Shown piece by piece: positions 8,728 through 17,623 of a stretch of DNA of 53,286 nucleotides. The stretch is from a virus (Duplodnaviria; Caudoviricetes), in IMG/VR virus record IMGVR_UViG_3300023181_000036, positions 1 through 53,286 of that record. One strand, 5' to 3'. The notes beneath the pieces are model-generated. The model searched no databases. It saw nothing but the letters and a program-made list of their open reading frames with translations, and was not told the DNA's origin. Made by a program: the position numbers and the translations under genes. Position 1 is the first letter of the stretch; each line of letters opens with the position of its first letter.

Positions 8728-10799
8728 TCAATCGCTCCCCAATTTGCACCCCGGCCAAAATCGACCAAGACCGGGATTTTTATAGAAACGGCGTGTGTCA
8801 TAACATGACGCATATAAGCAAACGCTTCGTTCATTGCAGGATCGTTGCGCATCACACTAAAGACTAATTCATCGTGTACTGTCAGCCGTGGTACACCGAT
8901 GTAGTCAAACACCCCTTCTTTCCAGCACTGCCACATACCGCGTTTCATGTGGTCGCCTTCGGCCATCTGAAGCTTGCGGTTCAGTGCTTTGTGCCCGTAG
9001 GCGCGTTGAATACGCGTACCGTACATCGCCAAAGCACGTTCGTACGGCAAGGCGATCTTGCGTTCTTCCCGGCTGTTGCGCTCGCGGATTGGTTCCCACA
9101 GGTTGAACCGGCTCTTGCGCCCCAGCATGCTCACGATCTGACCGTCCTCCAGGGCCATGCGCGCAAACAGCTTCGTCGTCTCCCGCACGTACGGCGCGCC
9201 CATGTGGTACGCCTTCATGATTTCACGGGCAACGCTCAGTTCTACGCCAAGTTGCCGCGCTAGCTTGTCTTCGCCCATTCCGAAGGCAAGTCCGAAGTTA
9301 ATGTTCTTAATCGGCTTACGTTCAATGTAGCGGCCTGACACATCGTTAACTAACTTCTGTACGATGTCGTGGTAGTCCGTATTGGGGTCTAGGTTGTAAG
9401 CATCGGCCACGGCCTGCGCCCCGTCGCCTACTGCATCGTGTACGAGATAGCGATACTGAATCTGGCTGAAGTCGATCTTCTCGATTTCAACGTCGCCGAA
9501 GTCGTGACGAAAGCACGAACGCATACGCTTGCCCAGGGGTACGTATGTGGGATCGTACAACGGATTGGGCTTGCCTTCTTTCGGCTTGGTCAGTAGTGGT
9601 TCTTCGGTGAATCCAGGTCGCACCGGAATGTTTTGCAGGTTCGGGTCACTGCTTGAATAGCGACCTACGATAGTGCCGCCGTCATCACTGCGTAATTGAT
9701 TGAATGACGCATGAATCTTTCCGTTGGTGTGCCGTTCAAGCAGGTACGACCGTATGAACGTGTTGCGAATCTTTTCGTACATCCGCAGTTCGATAATCTG
9801 CTTACCGATAGGATGCTCTACCTGCTTTAGAAAGTCCTTTGTGAAACTTGGCTTACCTGCGGCAGTCCTCATGTACGGTACGCCGTAATAGTCGAATGCC
9901 TTTGCTACGCTATCACCTGCGTTAACGTTCAGTTCAAAGCCAAGCTGATTCTTTAGCAGCGTATGGAACTTCATAATGTCAAGGCCAAGCTGTGCGTACA
10001 ACTGTTCGACCATCGGCAGATCAATCGTTACGCCCTTGCGCCGCATCGCAACCATGAGACTGATTAGATCACACTCCATACGGTAGATGTTCAATACACC
10101 TTCACGCTCCATCGCAGGCCACTGGTGACGCAGGATGCGGAGTGGCAGATCAACGTCACCTTCACCATAGTGCCCGACAAGGCGGGGTGACGTACGGTAG
10201 ATATTCGCGCGCTGATTGCTATTGGCGGAACCGCCGTAGGCTTCGGCCTGCCAACGGTACATGTCGTCGCTTGTTTTGTTTTCATTGAGGTACTTAACTC
10301 CAAGATGACCAAGGTTAACTTCAGTGTCCTCCGACAACAGGGCTTCGGCAAACTGTACGTCGTGAAGCTCACCCTTGACGTGAATGTTTTCTTCTCCGAG
10401 CCAGCCCACATCGTATGTCAGGTTCGCGCCGACTTTCGGAATGTTCGGTGTGCGCTCCAACGTATCCCGCACGTAGTTGAACACGTGTATTGGGTCAAGG
10501 TTGTACTGTGGTTCGACTTCATGCCGGACAGGAAAGTACCACTTGCCATAGTTGCCGTTGCCGTCGTCAGCGCCGATACCAACGCCTACGATATGGCCCT
10601 TACCGCGCGCCCATCCTGGCCCGTGGTCAAAGTCCGGTTCCCAGGTTTCGCAGTCGAAGCTCAGGAGCTTTGCGGCACTCAGGTTCGGGAAGTGTGTGGG
10701 CGGCAACCATCCCGTATTCGGTGTCGGCGGTAGCTGCTTGAGAACTGCTTTACGACGCAGCGTCAGTGGTTCGTCATCGAAGAATAGAATGTCACTCAC
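8724..10799 (-). CDS. polA: DNA polymerase family A with 3'-5' exonuclease
   Basis: ExoI DCET, ExoII NLTYD, ExoIII YGEGD; SSSDPNLQNIP; motif A DFSQIQYR, motif B KNINFGLAFG, motif C VHDEL. Confidence 0.95.
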   Translation of the reverse strand: MSDILFFDDEPLTLRRKAVLKQLPPTPNTGWLPPTHFPNLSAAKLLSFDCETWEPDFDHGPGWARGKGHIVGVGIGADDGNGNYGKWYFPVRHEVEPQYNLDPIHVFNYVRDTLERTPNIPKVGANLTYDVGWLGEENIHVKGELHDVQFAEALLSEDTEVNLGHLGVKYLNENKTSDDMYRWQAEAYGGSANSNQRANIYRTSPRLVGHYGEGDVDLPLRILRHQWPAMEREGVLNIYRMECDLISLMVAMRRKGVTIDLPMVEQLYAQLGLDIMKFHTLLKNQLGFELNVNAGDSVAKAFDYYGVPYMRTAAGKPSFTKDFLKQVEHPIGKQIIELRMYEKIRNTFIRSYLLERHTNGKIHASFNQLRSDDGGTIVGRYSSSDPNLQNIPVRPGFTEEPLLTKPKEGKPNPLYDPTYVPLGKRMRSCFRHDFGDVEIEKIDFSQIQYRYLVHDAVGDGAQAVADAYNLDPNTDYHDIVQKLVNDVSGRYIERKPIKNINFGLAFGMGEDKLARQLGVELSVAREIMKAYHMGAPYVRETTKLFARMALEDGQIVSMLGRKSRFNLWEPIRERNSREERKIALPYERALAMYGTRIQRAYGHKALNRKLQMAEGDHMKRGMWQCWKEGVFDYIGVPRLTVHDELVFSVMRNDPAMNEAFAYMRHVMTHAVSIKIPVLVDFGRGANWGAID

Positions 10800-11805
10800 C
10801 AGGAATCCTCATGCCAGATACTGCGCCGCGAACGTTCTCGCCGAAGAACAACAAGGGGCTATCGCCCTTGGCGTAGTCGATGGTTTTTGCGATACCTTCA
10901 AGCATCAGCAGATACTCTAGGTTGAATGCTCGCCCCTCCGGTATGCCTTCAAGCTCGTAGCTACCGCCTTCGGTGTTGTTCGTCCTGCTTGTGTGCAACA
11001 GATTACGCGAGAACATAACACACTTGCTGTCTTCGGTAAACGGTTTCAGTACGCGCAACGCGTCGTAGAGTCCGGGTGTTACGGGCCATTGGTCCGATGG
11101 CTTATCTAGGACACGACCAATATCCGGGTACTTGTCAGCGTAAAGCTGCGTCTTGAGCCAGCTACCGTCGCTAAAGTAGAACGTAGCTGTGTTGCCGGAG
11201 TAACCGAACTGCGTCAACGGTTTCTTGATGCCTTCGATAGCCTTGAGCGCGGTCTTAGGGACCAAGATCACCGGCAAATCGATGCCGTGCCAATACTCGA
11301 TCACCACATGCCGGTTGGTCGCGCAGATCGTCTGCGGCCCCAGGCGCGCACAGGCCGTGATGACCGTCTGCGCGTTGTCCGATACCAGGGGCGCGACAGC
11401 CGCCATTCCGGCCCGCAGGCGGTCGTCTATGACGGCCACGGGCGGGTCAGGGAACACCGGGGGCATATCGTTCAGCACATGGCAGGGTACGACGGCCTTG
11501 AACCGCCCCGCCTTGACGCTCAAACCAGATTGCAACTGCGTCATAGCCATCTGGCCTTCGCAGCGTTCTAGGGCCTGGATCAGCCGCTGCGTGTGGGGAG
11601 CAACCGAAATGTCTTCTTCAATCCGATGTCCGGCAGACAGAATGCCGTTGAACGCATACAGCCATGTGCCGTACATGATGCAGTGCCGATGCTGCGGCGG
11701 TCCCGCATCCAACTGTGCTATCTTCACGAACTTCAACGCGTCGAGTAGGTTCAGTTCGTTGCTTGTCGGCTCCGGTTCCGTTTTCTTCGTGCGTTTCGTC
11801 GCCAT
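10792..11805 (-). CDS. Sliding clamp (DNA Pol III beta)-like processivity factor
   Basis: ~337 aa next to the polymerase; ATNRH, KYPDIGRVL, AFNLEYLL and SPLLF...GMR segments resemble beta-clamp motifs. Confidence 0.55.
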   Translation of the reverse strand: MATKRTKKTEPEPTSNELNLLDALKFVKIAQLDAGPPQHRHCIMYGTWLYAFNGILSAGHRIEEDISVAPHTQRLIQALERCEGQMAMTQLQSGLSVKAGRFKAVVPCHVLNDMPPVFPDPPVAVIDDRLRAGMAAVAPLVSDNAQTVITACARLGPQTICATNRHVVIEYWHGIDLPVILVPKTALKAIEGIKKPLTQFGYSGNTATFYFSDGSWLKTQLYADKYPDIGRVLDKPSDQWPVTPGLYDALRVLKPFTEDSKCVMFSRNLLHTSRTNNTEGGSYELEGIPEGRAFNLEYLLMLEGIAKTIDYAKGDSPLLFFGENVRGAVSGMRIPGE

Positions 11806-12061
11806 CGTCTACCCCTTCAATTGGGTTAATGATTGCAAGGGTTAGTTCCTTGTTTACGGTGATCTTCTTCGCTTGGAATTCGTTGCTGTCAGGCTGCGCA
11901 CCGCCACAAGCAGGGCAGAAAACGAGATAACGAATAGGTTCCATCGGAACTTCTGCCCACACTTGGCGGTCAAGGTCGATGTACGCGAGCATGCGGACAA
12001 CGCGGCACTGTTCGGCGTGCCATACTTTTAGGTTTGGTGCTGTACCTTCGCAGAGTATCAT
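11618..12061 (-). CDS. Hypothetical protein with CxxC
   Basis: RBS AGGA before ATG 12061; its 3' end overlaps the clamp-like gene by ~190 nt. Confidence 0.45.
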   Translation of the reverse strand: MILCEGTAPNLKVWHAEQCRVVRMLAYIDLDRQVWAEVPMEPIRYLVFCPACGGAQPDSNEFQAKKITVNKELTLAIINPIEGVDDGDETHEENGTGADKQRTEPTRRVEVREDSTVGCGTAAASALHHVRHMAVCVQRHSVCRTSD

Positions 12062-12069
12062 TTTAGTTC

Positions 12070-12441
12070 CTATGCTGGGTAGACAGGGCACTGCACGCGC
12101 TCTGCCTCTTTTATCATGTTCGCGGTTCCGATACCGCCAGGGAATGCTAACACAAAATCCGGCGCGCAAATGTCGATCATCCATTTATTGCGTACGCTAC
12201 CTGCGCGCTTTTCGTAATAGTCCCATGCAGCATCCATCGTGATACATGGTACACCATTCTTCAACGCCCAATCCTTTGCGATACGATCCGCGCCCTTTGC
12301 GCCGCCTTGGATGATGACGATACCTTCTTTATAGTAGGCGTTGATTTGTTCCAGTACGCCGTGTGCGTACGTGACATTCACGTAATCGCGCCCGCCAGTC
12401 ACGAGAATGCGCGTACGCTTAGAACGGCACTGCATCATCAC
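12070..12441 (-). CDS. YspA/SLOG family (DUF2493) protein
   Basis: ILVTGGRDY, QGGAKGAD, AGSVRN, LAFPGGIGTANM. Confidence 0.85.
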   Translation of the reverse strand: MMMQCRSKRTRILVTGGRDYVNVTYAHGVLEQINAYYKEGIVIIQGGAKGADRIAKDWALKNGVPCITMDAAWDYYEKRAGSVRNKWMIDICAPDFVLAFPGGIGTANMIKEAERVQCPVYPA

Positions 12442-12640
12442 ACCATGACGGGCAACCGAATACGACGACTTTCGCAGGAGGATACGCGTTGTACAGCAAG
12501 CAAAAAGAACGGTCGCCGCGTAGCTCGCCCTTGTCGCAGTTCAAGCATGTGGGCAAGGCTCCCGTCCGTACCATTTCTTCATGCAGCATGATCCGCACCG
12601 GCACAGGGGTTGTCCAGAAAAATGCCTTAGTCATACTCAT
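12419..12640 (-). CDS. Small Cys-rich protein with an SSB-like acidic tail (DDAVPF)
   Basis: CxxC..C..C pattern; coupled to the helicase stop. Confidence 0.7.
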   Translation of the reverse strand: MSMTKAFFWTTPVPVRIMLHEEMVRTGALPTCLNCDKGELRGDRSFCLLYNAYPPAKVVVFGCPSWCDDAVPF

Positions 12641-14267
12641 AGCTGATAATCTCAGGGTATTTGCGGTTGACGATCACATTGATACGCTTCGGTATGCGCA
12701 ACGCACTTTGATACGTCAATGCTTCATCGACGGTAGCTGGCGGTTCCGTGCTGTGACGTTCACGCCACCAATCACGGGCTTGTTTTGCGAGTAGCGAACC
12801 GTGCGGTTGCTCAATATTAATCCATTCAACGAACTGTTGAATGCCTGTAATGTACGCTACCTTCATGCACGGGGTACCGCGTCCGTTCTTAGCTATATGT
12901 TTCGTGTACAGCACACGTTTGACGGGTACGTTTTCAATCTGCGGTAGGTCAGACGTTTCGGTACGCAAGATCGTATCGGTTGACGCCGTGCCTGCGATCT
13001 TCGGTGTGAAGTCGAATTCAAAGGCGCAGCACTCGCACGTGCGGCGGCTGGCGTGGTTGTAGGTGCCGCAGACCTCGCACAGGCGCACGGGCGCGTCTCC
13101 GCCGCCCTTGCCCTTCTTCCGGGGGATCACGGGGTCGTTGATAGGCCCCAGGCGGCGCGTGTTGCCTGCGAAGTCCAGCACAAGGCAGTTCTTCTTTCCC
13201 GTCTCCGGTGACACGCGGGTGCCACGGCCAATCATCTGCACCCATAGCCCAGGCGACAGGGTAGGACGCAACATGGCGATACAGTCAACCGGACGATGGT
13301 TGAATCCGGTCGTCAGAATGTTGTTCGATACGAGACAGCGATACTTGAACTGCTTGAAATCTTCGATAGCTTCGTCACGCTGCGAGTCCGATAGCTTGGA
13401 ATGCACTGCGGCAGTCGGAATGCCGTAGGAGTTAAGCAGGTTCGCTATTGCAATCGAGTTGCCGATACCAGGGGCGAATACGATCCATGAGATACGATCC
13501 TGCGCAAGCATGACTAGCTCTTGACACGCGCGCTCCGTTACCTTGCTCACTTCCTTTTCAAGCTGACCTTCGTTGAACTTGCCCATTGCAACAGAGATAG
13601 TACTTGTGTCAACTTCGACAGCAGTACGCTTCGTCGTAGGCGGGCACAGGTAGCCTTCTTCCACGAGACGGTTAAACGCGTGCATCGTCGTCATGTCGTA
13701 CGCTACGTGCGTAAATAGGCCATCGTCCGTAAGCAGGCCCTGTCCAAGCCGATACTTCGTTGCGGTAAGGCCGATGACCTTCAACGCCGGATTGACTTTC
13801 TTCAGTTCCGAAATGATCGTCTGATACATCGACTTCTCGTTAGGACTGAGCAGGTGACATTCATCAATCAGGATAAGATCACGCCATCCGAACGCATGGA
13901 TGCGGCTAATCACGCTCGCTACGCCAGCGAAGATGATAGGCATGACGGTATCGCGTTGTTTGAGCGCGGCAGAATATATGCCCACAGGTGCCTCAGGCCA
14001 GATACCCTGCAATTCGGCCGCGTTCTGCGCGATCAGTTCCTTAACGTGCGTCAGGCACAGCACGCGAGTACGGGGCCAGGACTCTAGTGCATGCTTCAGG
14101 AAGAATGCGATAACGACTGACTTGCCCGTACCTGTTGGTAGCGCAATGAGGGGGTTATGCTCCTTCTTCGCTTCTTCAGGATCATTCGCGGACAAGGCCC
14201 CGAAATAGCTGAAGTAGTCGAACGTCGCTTTGACTGCCTCTTTCTGAAACCACCACGGTTCGATCAT
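12627..14267 (-). CDS. SF2 DEAD/DEAH helicase (YejH/RadD-like) with Zn finger
   Basis: PTGTGKS, DECH, TAT, QMIGRGTR, CEVC..CECC. Confidence 0.92.
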   Translation of the reverse strand: MIEPWWFQKEAVKATFDYFSYFGALSANDPEEAKKEHNPLIALPTGTGKSVVIAFFLKHALESWPRTRVLCLTHVKELIAQNAAELQGIWPEAPVGIYSAALKQRDTVMPIIFAGVASVISRIHAFGWRDLILIDECHLLSPNEKSMYQTIISELKKVNPALKVIGLTATKYRLGQGLLTDDGLFTHVAYDMTTMHAFNRLVEEGYLCPPTTKRTAVEVDTSTISVAMGKFNEGQLEKEVSKVTERACQELVMLAQDRISWIVFAPGIGNSIAIANLLNSYGIPTAAVHSKLSDSQRDEAIEDFKQFKYRCLVSNNILTTGFNHRPVDCIAMLRPTLSPGLWVQMIGRGTRVSPETGKKNCLVLDFAGNTRRLGPINDPVIPRKKGKGGGDAPVRLCEVCGTYNHASRRTCECCAFEFDFTPKIAGTASTDTILRTETSDLPQIENVPVKRVLYTKHIAKNGRGTPCMKVAYITGIQQFVEWINIEQPHGSLLAKQARDWWRERHSTEPPATVDEALTYQSALRIPKRINVIVNRKYPEIISYEYD

Positions 14268-14353
14268 AGGTCGCTCACCAGAAAGTAAAGCAACCACAAC
14301 AGCGCGAGCAGCAACACGACGCGCCCTAGCATCGCTTCAAACGATTGTTTCAT
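14264..14353 (-). CDS. 29-aa single-TM microprotein MKQSFEAMLGRVVLLLALLWLLYFLVSDL
   Basis: Absent from the ORF track; ATGA-coupled to both the nuclease stop and the helicase start. Confidence 0.6.
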   Translation of the reverse strand: MKQSFEAMLGRVVLLLALLWLLYFLVSDL

Positions 14354-15363
14354 ACGGCAGGCGTCCAGCTATTGCAGCCAGTAGGGATGAACGTCGCCGG
14401 GATGACCTGACCATGCAGATTGCACCCCCACTGCTTGCCGGGGATCGCCTGGGCATGCGCGCAGCTACGGCAATTCTTCTCGTACGGCTTGGCCTGATGG
14501 CAGACCTCTTTCATGTCACAGTATTGGCACGTACTGTGGGCAAGGGATTCCGACAGCTTCTGCGGCGGCGTGCGTGAGAAGATGATGCGGTGAGCCTTCG
14601 CTTCCATGCGTTGCGCAAGTTCCCAATCCAGTTCAACGACTTCGACATGCAGCGAATCGTCATTCTTGTTCGCCGCCATGTAGACGCCGTACTTGTGGCC
14701 TTTCTTCCAGCCATAGATACACATTTGCGTGTAGTGGTCCGGTTTCTCTTTTTGCACGCCATCGCGCATTAGTGCGGTGAACTTCGCGCCGGTAGCCTGC
14801 GTCTTGAATTCGTTAATGAACATAACGAACAGGTTGTACTGTTTCGGCAGTTCAAGCAGGTTGTCGATAGACCCGCCAAAGTGGCCTTCACAGCCCGATA
14901 CGCGGTGTTGCGGATAGTCAGGGTATACGCCTTGTGATTCGGCTTCTGTTACGCCGTGTTCTGTGTTCGCTTCAACGATAACTTTACCGTCACCTTTGAA
15001 CGTTGTTTCGTAATGGTAAAGGCCGGTAACGGTGTTGTAGTGCAGCACGTTCGGCGCTTCATAGTCAACCGGCGACACGTTGCAGCCGATGCCCTCAAGC
15101 ATCTTGAGCATGAATTCTTCTTCTCTATGCCCACGTTGGAACAGCCGCTGCATGCGACCGTCAAATTCTTTGTTGTACACCCAGCGGAAGACGTACCACA
15201 GATACCGCGAACACTCGCGGTTAATCAACGACGCGCCCAGGTGCGTACGATGACCGTCATTGAACGCGGTACGACAGTACGTATCGATGTCTGCAAGCAG
15301 ACGCTTCGACAGCTTGTTACGGTCTTCTCTGTTCGCCAAATCGAATTCAGGTGTTGTCATCAT
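14350..15363 (-). CDS. Cas4/RecB-like PD-(D/E)xK exonuclease
   Basis: LGAS..C.R, GH..E, GSID, EFKT, Q..Y, CQYC..C. Confidence 0.85.
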   Translation of the reverse strand: MMTTPEFDLANREDRNKLSKRLLADIDTYCRTAFNDGHRTHLGASLINRECSRYLWYVFRWVYNKEFDGRMQRLFQRGHREEEFMLKMLEGIGCNVSPVDYEAPNVLHYNTVTGLYHYETTFKGDGKVIVEANTEHGVTEAESQGVYPDYPQHRVSGCEGHFGGSIDNLLELPKQYNLFVMFINEFKTQATGAKFTALMRDGVQKEKPDHYTQMCIYGWKKGHKYGVYMAANKNDDSLHVEVVELDWELAQRMEAKAHRIIFSRTPPQKLSESLAHSTCQYCDMKEVCHQAKPYEKNCRSCAHAQAIPGKQWGCNLHGQVIPATFIPTGCNSWTPAV

Positions 15364-15370
15364 GATCCTA

Positions 15371-15398
15371 TTGAAAAACAGGGGCCGAAGCCCCTGTT
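15371..15398 (-). terminator. Rho-independent terminator after the SSB gene
   Basis: On - strand: AACAGGGGC-TTCG-GCCCCTGTT followed by TTT. Confidence 0.85.
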
Positions 15399-15417
15399 CT
15401 CGTTCACGCCGGAAAGC

Positions 15418-16224
15418 TTACTTCGTAGCCCAGGGAGCCGTGTTGCCGCCAGCCTGCGCGGGCTGTTGCTGCGCCCAGGGAGCGCCGCCACCGGCAGGGG
15501 CTTGCGCGGCCTGTTGCGGGGCCTGGGGTGCCGCTGCACCGTTCGCCCAGGGAGCGCCGCCTTGCGGCTGCTGTGCGGCCTGTTGCGCAGGCTGCTGGAA
15601 CTGCTGTGCCGGTTGCTGGGCAGGCTGTTGGAACGTCTGCGCGGGCTGCTGGGCCTGGGCAGGCTGTTGCCATGCGCCTTGCGCGGGCTGTTGCGGGGCC
15701 GCAGCCGCACCGAAGGGGTTGCCTTGCGCGGCGGGCTGCTGGAACTGCTGGGCAGGCTGTTGCTGCGCCGGAGGGGCCTGGAACTGCTGGGTCTGCGGGG
15801 CCGCTGCGCCGCCCGTCTTGCCGGGGTCGTTGCCCTGCATGTCCTTGTAGCCCTTGATGACGTTGCGATTGCCGTCGATGACGAACTTCGCTTGGAACGG
15901 CACGCCCTTGAGTTGCGCGGTGTCCTGGATCACGTGACGGCCCGTGACATGGCAGATTGCCGACAGTTCGCGCTGTGCGATTTCGACAGCCTGAATGTTG
16001 TCGTTTCCGAGGTTCAGGTTCACGTAGCCTTTGCGCCCCTTGAACTGCGGATTGCCGTCTGCGGCTGCGATGACTTCCAACGTCAACGCCAGATACCACG
16101 ATTGCGGCTTGTTCGCAACCGCTTTCGGTTCTTCGTCAACGATCATGACTTGGTACCAGCCTTCCGGTACCGGCTCCATCGGCTGCATCGGTGCAATACC
16201 TTGCGTGCTAAAGTTGATTTGCAT
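15418..16224 (-). CDS. DUF669-type ssDNA-binding protein with a long Q/P/A-rich tail
   Basis: PVPEGWY, NLNL...AVEIAQRELSAICH; low-complexity C-terminus. Confidence 0.8.
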   Translation of the reverse strand: MQINFSTQGIAPMQPMEPVPEGWYQVMIVDEEPKAVANKPQSWYLALTLEVIAAADGNPQFKGRKGYVNLNLGNDNIQAVEIAQRELSAICHVTGRHVIQDTAQLKGVPFQAKFVIDGNRNVIKGYKDMQGNDPGKTGGAAAPQTQQFQAPPAQQQPAQQFQQPAAQGNPFGAAAAPQQPAQGAWQQPAQAQQPAQTFQQPAQQPAQQFQQPAQQAAQQPQGGAPWANGAAAPQAPQQAAQAPAGGGAPWAQQQPAQAGGNTAPWATK

Positions 16225-16275
16225 TTTCCTGTTTCTCCGTTACGTTATGGCGCTTGAGGCTACGCCGTCGCCTTG

Positions 16276-16515
16276 TTACTCTTTTACTGCCGAAACTTCC
16301 ATCATTACAGGCGCATGCGTACGCCCTGCAACCGTTAGGATAATTGCGTGCCCTTCGTTAAGCGCCGCCAATTCGTTAGGTTCTGGTTTCCAGAACGACT
16401 GAACAACTTCAATACCTTGAATAGCGGAACGACGAATAGGCAAATCGATTACTTTGTCCTCGCCTTCTGCGGCGTACAACGTAGTATTTGTTTCTGAATG
16501 CTTTACTGGAAACAT
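16276..16515 (-). CDS. Conserved phage hypothetical protein
   Basis: DLP..S.WKP...ELAALN.G...L.V.G.HAPV pattern. Confidence 0.7.
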   Translation of the reverse strand: MFPVKHSETNTTLYAAEGEDKVIDLPIRRSAIQGIEVVQSFWKPEPNELAALNEGHAIILTVAGRTHAPVMMEVSAVKE

Positions 16516-17357
16516 TACGCAGCCTCCCTATTCCATACGTCAATCCCTGCGGCCTGATGCAGGTTGCCTGCGAGTTGGTTCCACGCACACGCCGGGGGTG
16601 CCGGTAGCGCAATGGTACCACGCATACCGTATCGATTTCCGGCAACGTACGACGGCGTGCGTTCAACACCTAAAACGCGGCCTTGACCGAGACTGATCGC
16701 CCGCGCCATATTGGAGTTTGCGTCTTTCGATACCGTAATCGGGTCGTGCAGGTAGCCGATAACATCGGCCCATTGCGTGAGCATTTCGCGCTTGCCGTAG
16801 GTCTTCTGATCCTTCGGGCTGTGAAGCTGGACATCCCAGGTGTTGTACTCGCCGTTCTGCGGGTCGAGTACCTTCGCGCTGAACACGTGGGCAGTCAGTA
16901 CGATGGTCATGCGTGCATTGATAACGAGCATGTCGCACCATGCCAGGAAGTCACCGAACAACTTGTTCGCAACACCATATGCCTTGCCGTAGCCACCGTG
17001 CGCAGTCTCCATCGACAGCGACTTGTCGGTTTTGCTTTTCGGATCAAGCGTAATGACGTACGTGTGAATCAGTCGCTCCAACGCCGTAGCCGAATCGAAC
17101 ACGAGCGTACGGAATTGGAACTGCCCACGCTGTGCCGCCTGGGTGATTTCGTTCTGAAGCTGAAGCAACTGCGTGTAGTCCGTCAGCATCGGCACGTAGT
17201 TCGTCTTCACGCCTGCGTAGCCTTGCTCCAGCGGGATCAGCAGCGCGCCGGGTGCGCCGGTCGCAAACGTCGTCTTGCCTTGCTTCTCCGCTCCGGCGAT
17301 GACAATGCGCGTGCCCATGTGGGCAGTAGACGTTTGTACGTTTTGAAGAATGCTCAT
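16515..17357 (-). CDS. AAA_24 / Sak4-like ATPase (recombination)
   Basis: GAEKQGKTT Walker A, TLVFDS Walker B, GGYGKAY, WADVIGY. Confidence 0.85.
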   Translation of the reverse strand: MSILQNVQTSTAHMGTRIVIAGAEKQGKTTFATGAPGALLIPLEQGYAGVKTNYVPMLTDYTQLLQLQNEITQAAQRGQFQFRTLVFDSATALERLIHTYVITLDPKSKTDKSLSMETAHGGYGKAYGVANKLFGDFLAWCDMLVINARMTIVLTAHVFSAKVLDPQNGEYNTWDVQLHSPKDQKTYGKREMLTQWADVIGYLHDPITVSKDANSNMARAISLGQGRVLGVERTPSYVAGNRYGMRGTIALPAPPACAWNQLAGNLHQAAGIDVWNREAA

Positions 17358-17623
17358 TGGTAACTTCCCATGTGATGCCGTACCCATAGCCTTCGGTTTG
17401 CGTTGGCTACTGCGATGTTAAGCGCACGCGCAAGGCGTTTCCTTGCTTCTTCGCACGCTGCGTCGATGTTGAATGGTACACGATTTTCACGTTCCGGTAC
17501 GTATGTTACGCGGACTTGTGGCAAACGTTCGACGGTACAACGAACAACGACGCCTGTGACGTTTCGTGTACGATAGTCAATCCCCAGGAAGTCAAGGATT
17601 TCTTCGTTCGTGCGTAACGTCAT
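17354..17623 (-). CDS. Hypothetical protein
   Basis: Coupled ORF within the operon. Confidence 0.6.
   Translation of the reverse strand: MTLRTNEEILDFLGIDYRTRNVTGVVVRCTVERLPQVRVTYVPERENRVPFNIDAACEEARKRLARALNIAVANANRRLWVRHHMGSYQ

Noticed and set aside
8724-10799. DpoZ / Z-genome or other modified-base system
   Set aside because: No purZ, datZ/mazZ, queuosine-pathway, thymidylate-modifying or glycosyltransferase genes recognised
2040-13260. Impression of recurring GGCC/CCWGG-rich patches
   Set aside because: Not quantifiable by eye; a sliding-window k-mer analysis is needed
15440-15800. Repeated DNA units such as GGAACTGCTGGGCAGGCTGTTG, superficially CRISPR-like and next to a Cas4-like gene
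   Set aside because: They are in-frame codons of the Q/P/A-rich SSB tail, with no constant repeat and unique spacer pattern; solo Cas4-like nucleases are common in phages
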